Source of the DNA: Chiloscyllium plagiosum
Lineage: Eukaryota
DNA: 64,000 nucleotides
Assembly (NCBI RefSeq): GCF_004010195.1
Contig: NC_057750.1
Span: 10,923,081 to 10,987,080 of the forward strand
Direction: 5' to 3'
In this document: positions 12,991 to 26,180 of the stretch, piece by piece
How positions within the stretch are numbered: the stretch's first letter is position 1
How the letters are laid out: every line of letters starts with the position of its first letter
Notes under the pieces: generated by a model
What the model was told of the DNA's origin: nothing
Databases searched by the model: none
What the model saw: the letters and a program-made list of their open reading frames with translations, nothing else
Program-made: the position numbers and the translations under genes

Positions 12991-14055
12991 TGTGTAACTT
13001 TTTTTGCTGTGCTATTTCACTGCTTTTTCCACCTGCTAACTACTGATTCATGCAGTCTTGCAAAGGCCTCATTATTCACAAGAGTGCTTGGCATAGCTCT
13101 GTTAAACTGTACACTCTCTGCACTTTAAGTTAATTGAGTCATTGGCAAAATTGATGGAACTGGTTCCCACACAGAAAGGCGACAGTTTCAGAGGAGAGCT
13201 ATTTTTGAGATACTAATGAGAAAACTAGGAAGAGAGACATGATCCAGAGTGCAGGATAAGGCCAAGGGTGAGAAGAGTTGAGTGGAAATCAGAAAGAAGG
13301 AAGGCAGCCCCATCCCTGAGGAGATGGTTGTCTTTTCATTCCTAAGCACATTGTCCTCTAAATGTCAACCCCAAACCTTCCCTAAGATCCCAAACCACCA
13401 CCTACTGCCCCAAGCCCGCGACTTACCTGGGTATGGGGTTCGATGGGCCTCCTCTTTCACGAGTCTGCCCACAGTCCTGGCAGTGCCCACTATGCGGTAT
13501 AAGGAACGTCCCCATTACAGTCAGTTTGAACTTGAAGCATTAACTCTGTCTCACTCTCCACAGATGCTGCTGGACTTGGTGAGTTTCTCCAGCATTTAAG
13601 TTGTTACCACCAGAACAGATTATCTGCCCATTAGCTGTTATTGGGAGCTTGCTGTGTGCATTTGGCTCTTACATTTCTTATATTTTATCAATGGACCCAC
13701 TTATAAAAAGCAGAGAATTGATCATAAAGTAAGCTGACCAATAATGTTTTTCATCAGCCAGTTCACACACATCTCAAGAACAGGTGAAACTTAAGCCTTT
13801 TGGCTCACAGGTAGGGTCACTACCATTATGTAACAAGAGCTCTGAAAACTCTGAAGCAACATCTCCTTTGCTGAACATGTTCAGATATGTTTTGAGATTC
13901 CCCCGGGGCAAATGGAACTTGAACCCAGACCTTGTAGCCCAGAAGCAGGGAAAGGTACCAGCATGCCACAGGAATGGTACTACATCTTTTACGAAAACTT
14001 GAAGATTTCAATTGTTCAATTTCTAAAAAAAAACTTACTTTGTTTGACAGACACA

Positions 14056-14073
14056 ATGCAGGGCATCTATTAA
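14056..14073 (+). promoter_or_regulatory. Upstream ORF (MQGIY*) in the 5' UTR part of the first coding exon of TMEM91
   Basis: ATG CAG GGC ATC TAT TAA lies between the acceptor ttgacag (14050) and the main ATG (14100). Confidence 0.45.
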
Positions 14074-14099
14074 CATTGGGAGGAAGACACTCTTACGGA

Positions 14100-14540
14100 A
14101 TGGATGATCTGTGTGAGCTTCAGAGACCCCTGTTAGGAAAGCAGGTGAGTGGCAAACTGTTTAGTCATGTACTGCCTGGCGGAGCCTCAGCCAAGGAGGG
14201 GCCCACATCTCCCCATGGCCTCACGCCAATCTGCAACCAGCTGGTACCAGGCAGCTCTCCTGCCAGCACGGACTCCCAGTTGGTCCCACAGCTCTTGGAC
14301 ACATGCTCACTGCAGAACACTGTCGAGTCTCTCTACTGTCCAAGCCTAACGCCGCATGCAGATCTGAGGGTCTGGGCTAGCTCGAAACACTGCACCGAGA
14401 CCACTTTCACTGAGAATGGACCTGGGGAGCAGAAGGTAGGAAATTCGAAAGAGCCCAAGGTTCTGGAATCGGAGGCTGGTCAGGCAAAAGTTCCGACTGT
14501 CTCAGTCGATGTGGAGGACCTTCCATATCTGGACACACAG
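14100..14540 (+). CDS. TMEM91: TMEM91 / SynDIG-family (CD225, dispanin) protein, coding exon 1 (147 codons)
   Basis: MDDLCELQRPLLGK resembles the TMEM91/SYNDIG1L start motif (ELQxPLL). Acceptor at 14049-14050; donor CAG|gtaaat after 14540, phase 0. Confidence 0.85.
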
Positions 14541-15591
14541 GTAAATGGTTCCTTGTTTGGAATGTGGGAAAAGCTTTCCACAATATTCTTGAATCCCTAG
14601 ATACCTTTAATATTGTATTTAGAAATCTATCAATCTCTGCCTTAAACATAAGACTATAAGATATAGGAGCAGAATTAGGCCATTTGCCCAATGAGTCTAT
14701 TCCACCTTTCAATCATGGCTGATATGCTTCTCAACCTGCCTTCTCTCTGTAACCTTTGATCCCCTTAGTAATCAACAAACTATCTGTCTCTGTCTTAAAT
14801 ACACTCAATAACTTGACCTTCTGGGGCAATGAGTTCCACAGATTCACCACCCTCTGGCTGAAGAAATTCCATCTCATCTCAATACTGAAGGGCTGTCCCT
14901 TCACTCTGGGGCTGTGCTGTCAGGGCCTAGTCTCTCCTACAGACACATTCAGTGACTGAGGCACCACAGCCCTCCTGACTGAAAAGATCAGTCCTAATGT
15001 TAAATTTTCTTTCAAAGTAGCTCTCAATGCCTAGGAAATTCAAAATATGAAATTCATGAAGTGATTATAAAATTATGCTTCCCTCACTCAATATTAAACT
15101 CACTTTTATGAATTTATCTTCAGTATTGTTGATTTTTGCAATAATTCCCTAATTATTCATGTCTGTGAAATAAAGCAATAATTCACATGATTGAAATAAC
15201 TGGGATTTATTTTAATTAGTTCCCTTAGGAATACAGTAACATTAGACAGAAATTTACAGCAGCAAAAACCCAATAAGATCTGTAAGCACTTTATAAATAG
15301 CACAGGTAGTGTGAGAAAAAGAAAGAAGCAAAGGAATGAAAAGAGACAGGGCAAGAGAGAGGGAGAAAGAGAGATTAGATGAAGAGGAAGAAATATAGAA
15401 AATAGGAGCAGGAATAGGCCAGTTTGTCCTTCCAGCGTGCTCCGCCATTCAATAGCAACCAAAATCATACTGAATGGTGGAACTGGCTCAAAGGGCCAAA
15501 TGGCCTACTCCTGCTCCTATTTTCTATGTTTCAATATGATCATGGTTCCCACTTTCTCCCCACACCTTTTGATTCCTTTAGCCTTAAGAAC

Positions 15592-15896
15592 TACGGTGGC
15601 TCAGTGGTTATCACTGCTGCCTCACTGCACCAGGGTCCCAGGTTTGATTCCAGCCTTGGCGACTGTCTGTGTGGAGTTTGCACATGCTCCCCGTGTCTGG
15701 GTTTCCTCTGGGTGCTACGGTTTCCTCCCACAGTCCAAAGATGTGCTGGTCAGGTAAACTGGACATGCTAAATTACCCATAGTGTTAGGTGCATTAGTCA
15801 GAGGGAAATGGGACTGGGTGGGTTACTCTTTGGACGGTTGGTGTGGACTTGTTGGGCTGAAGGGCCTGTTTCCACACTGCAGGGAATCTAATCTAA
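15592..15896 (+). mobile_element. tRNA-derived SINE (HE1/V-SINE type)
   Basis: A box TGGCTCAGTGG, B-box-like GGTTTGATTCC, core GTGTGGAGTTTGCAC...TTCCTCCCACAGTCCAAAGA, tail GGGAATCTAATCTAA. Confidence 0.85.
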
Positions 15897-15899
15897 AAA

Positions 15900-16605
15900 A
15901 AACTATATCTAACATTTTCTTGAAAACATTCACTGTTTTCCCCTCAACCGCTTTCTGTGACAGAGAATTCCACAGGCTCCTCCACTCTCTGGGTGAAGAC
16001 ATCTCTCTAAACTGGAGACGATTCAGAAAAGATTTACCAGGATGTTGCTGGGAATGAAGGATCTGAGATATAAAAATAGATTGGAAAGACTGGGACATTT
16101 TATTCACTGGAGTGACCTTATGAGGTTTATAGAATCATGAGGGGCATAGATAAGGTGAATAACAAAGGTGGGAGATTTCAAGGCTAGGGGACATATTTTT
16201 AAGGTGAGATGAGAAAGATTTAAAAAGGATATGAGGGGCAACATTTTCCACAGAGGGCAGTTTTCGTGTGGAATGAAATGTCAGAGGAAGTGGTGAATGC
16301 AGGTACAGTTACAACGTCTAAAAGAAATTTGGATAAGTTCATAATTAGGAAAGGTTTGGAGGGCTATGAGCCAAGCACAGGCAGGTGGGACTAGTTTAGT
16401 TTGGGAACATGGTAGGCATGGACTGGTTGGACCGAAGGGTCTGTTTTCATGCTGTATGACTCTATGACTCAGTCTTAAATGGCCTACTCTGTATCCTTAG
16501 ACTGTGACCCCTGGTTCTCGACTCCCTGGAATCTGGAACATCCTTCTTGTGTTTAGTCTGTCTAGTCCTGTTGTAATTTTATAGATTTCTACAAGATCTC
16601 TCCCT
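15900..16605. mobile_element. Nested CR1 fragments (+ copy 16012-16470 inside a - copy)
   Basis: CR1 3' motifs on both strands; tatgactctatgactc tail at ~16455-16470. Confidence 0.75.
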
Positions 16606-17344
16606 CATTCAACAGAGAAAGAGATGAGAGAAAGGAAGGGAGAGAAGGTTAATTAGGAGAGAAATTAATGGAGAGAAAGACAAATGGAGAGAGACAGAGG
16701 GATATAGAAAGATAGAATGAAAGAGAGAGGAAGAGATAGATGGACAGAACAGCAGAGGTGAAAAAAAATCAGCGAGACAGAGGCAGGAACCTTCTGTCCT
16801 TCCCTGTGATAGGTTTAGCATTTGGGTCGGGGGTGCACTTAATCAGGCAGCAGATTATTAGGAGCTTCCTTTCACTTCCTTCCTCCTTCCATTTTGGGCA
16901 AGTCTTCCCATTCTGATTGAGGCCCTTCAGTGCCCACTTAATGCTTAAATAAGGGCTTCATCCCCCTACCTGGGTATTAACCCAGCAGTGGGCAGGGGGG
17001 ATTGGCCATGTGGGGAGAACAAGCAAACTGCTGGGTGGAATTTGCAGGGTCTCTGAGTGGTGGTGGTTGGGGTTAGGGGTTGGAGATGCACGTGGCCCTC
17101 ATTCATAGGCATTCGGTGCTAAATCGAGGGACCTTAGAGATATTCCGCACACCCTTGCTGACTTGACCGTCAGCTGCAGCTGGGATCCACTGATGATCCT
17201 AGCCTGGCTTTGTACTGGCAGATGGCACTGCCTCACCACTGGCACTGTGGCCCAATAGAGGTGCCAGGCTCTGAGCAGCTGGCAGGTCTTAGTGAGCAGG
17301 TTGGGAGCACCTAAAACCACATCCATAATCCTTCAACCAACATT

Positions 17345-17520
17345 GTTAATACAGATGATCTGGTCACTATCACTTTCTCTTTGTGGGAGCTTGCTATGTG
17401 AAAATTGGTTCTCATGTTTCCTCCAATAGTGACTGCACTTCAAAAGTGTCCCATTGGCTGTCAAGCAATTCAGAGTGTCCTACAGTCAGGAGAGGTGCTA
17501 TTTAAATGCTAAGCCTTTCT
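17345..17520 (+). mobile_element. Deu-domain SINE (SacSINE1/AmnSINE1-like) remnant
   Basis: TGGGAGCTTGCTATGTGAAAATTGG...AGTGACTGCACTTCAAAAG...CATTGGCTGT matches the DeuSINE central domain as recalled. Similar copies at ~13615, 18795, 24780, 26240(-), 36970, 42790 and 63700. Confidence 0.55.
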
Positions 17521-17954
17521 TTATGTCAGTGATAATTTTCCTTGACTTAAGTTGGTGACACAAAATCAGGATAGGTTTAGCTAAGATTGACTAAGAATAG
17601 CTGTTCCCTTTAGCTGATGGTACACAGGACATAGGAACACAGATATAAGGTTCTGGGCAAGAGGTGCAGTGAGAATTTGATGAAGAACTCTTCGATACAG
17701 TGAGTGGTAATGACTCAGAAAGCCTATCTCTACAGAGAAATCTTTTTTACCTTCTGTTTCTGAAGTGTGTTTGTGTGTATTTGACTGTGTCATTTGGAGA
17801 TGTTTGTAGTTGGAAATTTTTCTGTATTACTGACTGTGTAAGTTCATCTATATTGGATATTTTTTGATTAAATAATAAAACCATAATTGTTTAATAAGAA
17901 ACCTGGTTGATAGATCCTTTTAAGTTTCAAACCAGTTATAGAAACAGGGAGACT

Positions 17955-18640
17955 AAGGTTCAGGTATATAATTCTTTGGAAGTTGCATCACAGGTATACA
18001 GGGTATTAAACAAGGCATTTGAGACACTTGCCTTCAGTCCTGAGACTACTGGGTAGAGGAGTTGGGATGTCATGTTATGGCTGTACAGGACGTTGGTGAG
18101 GCCAATTTTGGAGTATTGTGTACAGTTTTGGTCACCCTGCTATAGGAAGAATATTATTAAATTGGAGAGGGTGCAGAAAAGATTTATGAGGAAGTTACCA
18201 GGATTGGAGGGTTTGAGTTATAGGGAGAGGCTGGATAGGCTGCAACTTCTTTCACTGGAGCGTTGGAGGTTGAGGGATTACTTTATAGACATTTATGAAA
18301 TCATGAGGGGTATAGATAGGGGAATAGCAAAGGTCTTTTCCCTAGGTTAGGGGAGCCCAAAACCAGAGAGCAGTGGAAAGATTTAAAAGGAATCTGAAGG
18401 ACAACTTTTTCACAAAGAGGGTGGTTCACACATGAAATGAGCAGCCAGTGAAAGTGGTAAATGCATTTACAGTTTCAACATTTAAAAAACATTTGGACAG
18501 ATACATGAATAGGAAACGTTTAGAGGAATATGGGCCAAAGACAAGCAAATGGGACTAATTTAGTTTAGGAAACTTGGTTGGCACGAATGAGTTGGACCAA
18601 AGGGTTTGTTTCTGTGCTGTATGGCTCTAAGACTCTGTGA
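17955..18640 (+). mobile_element. CR1 LINE 3' fragment
   Basis: LYRTLVRPILEYCVQFWSPCYRK...LERVQKRF. Confidence 0.85.
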
Positions 18641-19655
18641 CTGTGGAACCCACTACTTACGAAGGTGGTAGAAGTGAAGACATTCAACGATTTGGGAATG
18701 GGAATGGGACCGGGATTGCTTTACTCCACAGACAGCCAACATGGACTCAATGAGCCGAATGCTGTCCTATGTTGTAATGACTCCATGGTTCGATTTGCTA
18801 TTGGTGGGATCTTGCTATGTACCAATTGCCTGTTCTCCTGTCTTGTCTTAATTTCATAGTAATTAATTGGCTACTAATCGCTTTGGAATGTCCTGAGGTA
18901 GTGCTGGGTTGTTACGTAAATGCCTTAGTTTCTTACAATAAACCTCTTTAAAATACCTCTTTTTAAAATAAATTCTATCTGGTTCTGATTAATGTATTTG
19001 GACATTTTATGTTGAGCTAATATGAATCAGTCTCAAGAACACAGCAAACGGAATCACAGAAGTGGCATAGTATAGAAATAGGCTATCATGTCTGAATTGG
19101 CTCTTCAAGTGAGCATCGTTGCCTACTGCTAATTTCTTGCCTTTTTCCCATACCCTTCCATGTTACTTCTATCTAAATAATCATCCAATGTCCTCTTGAA
19201 TGCCTCAATGAAAGAGGAGCAGGGATAAACCAATTGGCCCCTCAGGCCTGTTCTACCATTCAATACAATCATGGTCCTTGGGCTTCAACTTCACTTTCCC
19301 ATCCACTCTCTGTGTCCCTCGATTCTCTGAGAGAACAAAGACCTGTTTATCCCAGCCTTAAATATATTCAACAGTAGAGAATCCAAGGCCCTCAGGGCTA
19401 CAGAATTCCAAAGATTCACAACCCTTTGAGTGACCACAGCTCTTCCCAACTCAGTCTTAAATGATCATCCCAATCACCAACCTTTTGGTTACCAGTCTTA
19501 ATTTGACTGGACATCCAGCAAGATAACGCACTATATAAATAGTGGCCATTGTTAGAGTTTGTGGTGTATTTGAACGTGGATCCATCGGTGAAGACCACTC
19601 CTCCATTATGTCATTTCTTACTCTGGGAGTATTTGTGGACATGACGGTCAGAGGT

Positions 19656-20394
<739 letters not shown>

Positions 20395-20571
20395 TAAAAG
20401 ATTGAGGGGTGACTTAATTGAGCTGTTTAATAAAACTGAGGAGGTCTTTCCTTGCATAGTACGCAGCACCTCTGCCTCTGAGCCAGAAGGTCCAAGTTCA
20501 AGTTCCACTCCAGGACTTGACGGCAAAGGGAGATGTGTTCACAATGCGGCCAAACAAGTTGACCATTAAAT

Positions 20572-21085
20572 AAAAACCAAAAGATGTGCAGATGCTGGAA
20601 GTCAGAAACAAAAACAGAAATTGCCAGAAAAGCTCAGGTCTGGCAGCATCTGTGGAGAGAAATCAGAGCTACGTTTCAGATCCAGTTCTGAGGAAGGGTC
20701 ACGGGACCTTTATTTTTTAGATTAGATTCCCTACAGTGTGGAAACAGGCCCTTCAGCCCAACAAGTCCACACTGACCCTCTAAAGAGTAACCCACCCAGA
20801 CCGTTCCCCTACCCTACATTTACCCCTGACTAATGCACCTCACACTATGGGCATTTTAGCATGACCAATTCACATCTTTTTTGGAATTGTGGGAGGAAAC
20901 CCACGCAGACACGGGGAGAAGGTGCAAACTTCACATAGACAGTCACCCGAGGTGGAATCAAACCTGGGTCCTGGCACCGTGAGGCAGCAGTGCTAACCAC
21001 CAAGCCACCGTGCTGACCTGAAATGTTAACTCCAATTTCCCTCCACAGATGCTGCCAGAACTGCTGAGCTTTCTATTTTTGCTTG
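20572..21085. mobile_element. Fold-back Penelope pseudo-LTR (family C) whose hammerhead is split by a minus-strand HE1-type SINE (20710-21014)
   Basis: AGTT-CTGAGGA-A-GGGTC-ACGG-GACCT [SINE] GACCT-GAAATGTT-AACT. TSD GACCT at 20705-20709 and 21015-21019. Confidence 0.7.
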
Positions 21086-21613
21086 TGTTTGGGGTTGAAT
21101 ATTAACTTGTAAATCTGACCATAAGATGGAGGAGCAGAAGTTGGCCTTTCAACCCATTGAAACTGCTCCACTATTCAATAAGTTCATGTCTGATCCGATA
21201 ATCCTCAATTCCACTTGAGGGCCTTTTCCCGGTAATCTTTTATTATGTTACTGATTAATAATCTGTCTATCAGAGCCTTGACTATACTTAATGACCCAGC
21301 CTCAACTGCCCTCTATGGTAAAGAATTCCACAGATTCACTACCCACTGAGAAGAATTCCTTCATTCTCTTCCATTGGCAGGAGGTAAGAGTGGAGAAAGT
21401 CCTGATTTGCCCTGATAGAAAGAAATTGGAGCCTCTACAACTGTCACTATTCATAGGTCCAGGCTACAATTTGCAAGTAAGAATGTATGATACCTCAGTA
21501 ACTTGAACGCCTTGGATGCAACGGATGGGAGAACTGGAGAACCCAATTAAAGAATAGATACAGAGAAACTACCTCCATTGCTCTGGGCACGCAAACCTGA
21601 AATGAGAAGTGAA

Positions 21614-21895
21614 TTTCCAGCTCAGCACTGTCCCCATGACTTCTCCTACCTGCCTACCTTCTTTTGCACCTATCCACTCCACCCTCCTCCCTGACCTATC
21701 ACCTTCATCCCCTACCCCACTCACCTATTGTACTCCATGCTAATTTCTCCCCAACCCCACCCTCCTCTAGCTTATTTCTCCACGCTTCAGGCTCTCTGCC
21801 TTTATTCCTGATGAAGGGCTTTTGCCCGAAACGTCGATTTTGCTGCTCCTCGGATGCTGCCTGAACTGCTGTGCTCTTCCAGCACCACTAATCCA
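21614..21895 (+). mobile_element. Penelope-derived non-coding insert (family A) with intact hammerhead core and 14-bp TSD
   Basis: AAATGAGAAGTGAA is duplicated at 21600-21613 and 21896-21909. C-rich body; core at 21808-21835. Confidence 0.8.
21804..21839 (+). ncRNA. Minimal type-I hammerhead ribozyme (best-preserved copy)
   Basis: AUUC-CUGAUGA-A-GGGC-UUUU-GCCC-GAAAC-GUC^GAUU. All invariant core residues are present, stem II is perfect, stem III is the loopless palindrome ACGU, and stem I pairs 3 of 4 positions. Confidence 0.7.
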
Positions 21896-22409
21896 AAATG
21901 AGAAGTGAACAGTCAAGGCCTGAAATCACATAGTGCGTTTTCCCACTCTGAAAGCTCCTCCTTTAAATGTCAGTAGGTTCTGGTTGTCAATTGGAGCTTT
22001 CCAGAGGTATAGATAAGAGTTTTATCAGGAATAACAGATATTGTTGGTGCAGATAGGATGGGCCAAATTGCCTTCTTAAGCACTGTAACAATTCTGTAAA
22101 CAGATATGAAGCAAAGACAGGTAAATGGAGTTGAGGTACAGAGGAAGTTTGATCCAATAAATGGGCAGTGACTAGGGCCTGAAGAACCTGCTCTAGCTCC
22201 TGCACTTCCAGCTACCTGCTTCATTAAAGGTGAGAGGGCATCTTAGCAGTCACAGCTCTGCTTATTGCTGTGGACAGTATGGAATCGCAGTAGTCAAACT
22301 CCATCAGCCATTCAGCTCTTTTAAATAGAATGAACTTCTCCAACTGTGGTCTTTTGAACATGCCCAGTTTTAACTGCCCCACCACTGTTAATTGAGTGTC
22401 TAGAACTCC

Positions 22410-23787
22410 CCCTTGTTCAAGAAGGGGAGTAGAGACAACCCTGGTAATTATAGGCAAGTGAGCCTTACTTCGGTTATGGGTAAAGTGTTGGAAAAAGCTG
22501 GAAGAGATAGGTTTATAATCATCGAGAGAAGAATAAGTTTATCAGGGATAAGAACACGGCTTTGTGAAATGTAGGTCGTGCCTGGCAAACCTTATTGAGT
22601 TCTTTGAGAAGAAGACTAAACAGTTGGATGAGGATAAAGCAGTTGATGTGGTGTTTATGGATTTCAGTAAGGCATTTGATAAGATTCCTCATGGTAGGCT
22701 ATTGCTCAAAATACAGAGGCATGGGATTGAGGGTGATTTAGTGGTTTGGATTAGAAATTGGCTAGCCGAAAGAAGACAGAGGGCAGTGGTTGTTGGTAAA
22801 TGTTCATCCTGGAGTTCCGTTACTAGTGGTGTACCGCAGGGATCTGTTTTGGAGCCACTGCTATTTTTCATTTTTATAAATGACCTAGATGAGTGCATAG
22901 AAGGATGGGTTAGTAAATTTGCGGATGATACTAAGGTCAGTGGAGTTGTGGATCGTGCTGAAGGATGTTGCAGGTTACAGAGGGACATAGATAAGCTCCA
23001 GACCTGGGCTGAGAGGTGGTAAATGGAGTTTAATGCAGAAAAGTGTGAGGTGATTCACTTTGGAAGGAGCAACAAAAATAAAGAGTACAGGGCTAATGGT
23101 AAGATTCTTGATAGTGTAGAAAAGCAGAGCGATCTTGGTGTCCACGTACCATCCCTGAAAGTTGCTACCCAGGTTGATAGAGTTGTTAAGAAGGCATACC
23201 GAGTGTTAGTTTTTCATTGGGAGAGGGATTGGGTTTTGGAGCCACAAGGTCATGCTGTAGCTGTACAAAACTCTAGTGCGGCCACATTTGGAGTGTTACA
23301 TACAGTTCTGTTCACCGTATTATAGGGAATGTGGAAGCTTTGGAAAGAAATTTACGAGGATATTGCCTGGTATGGAGGGAAGGTCTTATGAGGAAAGGCT
23401 GAGGGACTTGAGGCTGTTTTCGTTAGAGAGAAGGTTGAGAGGTGATTTAATTGAGACATATAAGATAATCAGAGGGTTAGATAGGGTGGGCAGTGAGAAC
23501 CTTATTCCTCCGATGGTGATGGCTAGCACGAGGGGACATAGCTTTAAATTGAAGGGTGATAGATATAGGTCAGAGATAGTTTCATTACTCAAAGTAATAG
23601 GAGTGTGGAACGCACTGCCTGCAACAGTAGTAGACTCACCAACCTTAAGGGTATTTAAATGGTCATTGGATAAACATATGGATGGAAGTGAAATAGTGTA
23701 GTTAGATAGGTTTCAGATTCCTTCCACAGGTCGGCACACCATCGAGGGCCAAAAGGCCTGTACTGTGGTATAGTGTTCTATGTTCTA
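22410..23787 (+). mobile_element. 5'-truncated CR1 LINE (RT domain to 3' tail)
   Basis: [28 protein letters not shown] and WxMEFNAEKC motifs, with stops and frameshifts; tail tgttctatgttcta. Confidence 0.9.
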
Positions 23788-24068
23788 ATTCCCTCCCTCA
23801 ACCTCCCTGCTTACAACCTCCTCCTTTAAGATGTTTCCTAAAAAAGAATTGAGTTTTTTAATATTTCCTTATATGGTTCACCATTAAGTTTTGTCTCCTG
23901 TGAGGCCCCTCGGAATGTTTTAACATTGAAGGTACTATATAAATATCGGCTGTTGTTGAACAAGCAGCTTTGGTTACCCTCATTTCTCATGACATTGTAT
24001 TAACTTTGGCAACTTCTGTTTTTTGTTCCTTCTATGTAACAATTTCCTTCTCACCTCGTACTCTGCAG

Positions 24069-24227
24069 ACCAGCAAAGCTACAGCCAAAGGAGACTATCG
24101 GCAGGCCAGCTCTGCCTCCAGGAAAGCTCTGTGCACAGCCATCTGCTCTATTGCTCTTGGGGTCTGCACCTACATCGGAGGCATGGTGGCTCTGGTGATA
24201 TACTTGGCAAAGAATGGGCACTCGTAG
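24069..24227 (+). CDS. TMEM91: TMEM91 coding exon 3 (second half of CD225 domain, stop TAG)
   Basis: ctctgcag|ACC: TSKATAKGDYRQASSASRKALCTAICSIALGVCTYIGGMVALVIYLAKNGHS*. Phase 0 with exon 2; total 251 aa. Confidence 0.93.
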   Translation, partial: TSKATAKGDYRQASSASRKALCTAICSIALGVCTYIGGMVALVIYLAKNGHS

Positions 24228-24467
24228 TGCCAGAGCCTGGCAGGGTCTAGGCTCCACAGGAGCAGAGACTGAGAGAAGAGACTTGCTGGGCAGGTTCTGA
24301 CTCCCACAGGGCTGTGATACCAGACAACCCATCAGGAGAACCATCTACTATCTCTCAAAAGGTAACCAACTCTTAGCTGCAAGGTCTGAATGGAGCTCAA
24401 GCTGCTTTGTGGAACATCTTGTTAGTGTCTCAGCCATTTCGCTGATCCAACAATTGTTTTGATCAAC

Positions 24468-24473
24468 AATAAA
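24468..24473 (+). terminator. Candidate polyadenylation signal for TMEM91
   Basis: First AATAAA, ~240 nt after the stop; further copies near 25252 and 25278. Confidence 0.4.
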
Positions 24474-25609
24474 TGGAAGGTTTCATCTTCAGGGAACCTA
24501 GACTAAATCAGGGATCAGAATTCCCATCATGTTGTATGTATATAATTGTCTGTAACAGAGTTACAAAAATCTGGTTGTGGTTTCAAGCCCAAGTTCACAC
24601 CCAATGCCATTCCTGACAGCATGCTGCACTGTTGGACCTGTCACCTTCTGAATGAGATATTTAACTAATAGCCATTCTCAGATGGTTGTAACAGCTATCA
24701 TAGCACTCTTAAGGGCAAAGGAGTTCACCTCAATTGTACTGACTAATATTTATGTATCAACTACCAGTCAAAAACCGGTAATTTGGTCATTGTCACATGG
24801 GAGCTTGCTGTATGCAAATAGGTTACTATATTTCCTACATTACCACAGTGGCTATTGCAAAGCAAATGAGTATAAATATAGGGAGATCTTGCTAATGCCA
24901 TACAATACTCTAGTTAGAACCTACCTGCAATACTGTGTTAAAGATTCCAACACTTGCAAAATATCGGCAGCCAAAGTAAAACATTCCTTGGAATAGAGTG
25001 CAACTCCCATTGCAACTAAGAGCATTGAAAGCTATCCCACAGATTCAGTGCACTCTTTCTAAAGCTCCACATCGAGGGCTCAAATTATTTTCTCCTCCCC
25101 CAGTGCCAGAAATGCGTACATTAACTGCAGTGAAGATTATAACACTCTGCTGCTGCTAATCACTTGGAATAGACTGCAGCAACTAAGATAAGTGCAAGAG
25201 CGAAAAGCTTTTAGGTTTCAAGGTGGGATTATAGTATTTGACAGAGAAGGGAATAAAGAATGGAGCAATTTACGTTTGAATAAACACTAGATTCACTGAA
25301 AGCGTTTTAAAATGAGAAATGTGACATCAACTATATTCACCAGCATAATATTACACAAATTTTTTTGGAAAATTCATTCCAGAGATGTGGGTGTCATTAG
25401 CAAGGTCGATATTTATGGCTCATCCCTAGTTACTGTTGAGTAGGTGATGATGATGATGGTTTCTTTCTTAAAGCTTTTTTGTCTTTTGTGAAAGCAAGTC
25501 CCTGCGATATTGGGGTGGAGTGTTAGGATTTGGATCTAGCAACAAAGGAGGTACTTAATGTTACCTTGTCCAAATTGGGGTGGAGTGACAGTTGTGGTGT
25601 TTTCACTGA

Positions 25610-26180
25610 CCATGCCGACCTGATATCCTCAATAAATTTAACAGTGTTTGCCAGCATTTGACCCATGTCCCTCTCAACCTTTCCTATTCGTATACCCACC
25701 CAGATGCCTTTTCAATGTTGTAATTGTACCAGCCTCTACCACGCCCTCTGGCAGTTCATTGCATACACACACCACCCTCTGCATGAAAAATTTGTCCATA
25801 GGTTCCTTGTAAATCTTTCCCTTCTCACCTTAAACCTAATGCCCTCTAGTTTTGGGCTGCCCCACCCCAGGAAAGACCTTGTCTATTTACCCTATCCACA
25901 CCCCTCATGATTTTGTGAGCCTCTATAAAGGTCACCCCTGACACTCCCAGGAAAACAGCCCCAGTCTCTCCCTATAGCTCAAAGCCTCCAACCCTGGCAG
26001 CATCCTTGTAAATCTTTTCTGAACCCTCTCAAGTTTTACAACATCCTTCCAATTAGCAAGGAGACCAGGATTGCACACTGTATTCCAATACTGGCCTCAC
26101 CAGTATTGTGTCTCTACAGGACAAGAGCTCCCAACTCCTATTCTCAATGGTCTGAACAATAAAGGCAAGCATTTCAAATG
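25610..26180 (-). mobile_element. CR1 LINE 3' fragment
   Basis: LVRPVLEYSVQSWSPC and CR1 3' UTR motifs on the minus strand. Confidence 0.8.

Noticed and set aside
13974-14099. ORF-track N-terminal extension of the 208-aa ORF
   Set aside because: It crosses a splice acceptor at 14050, and family similarity begins at M43 (14100).
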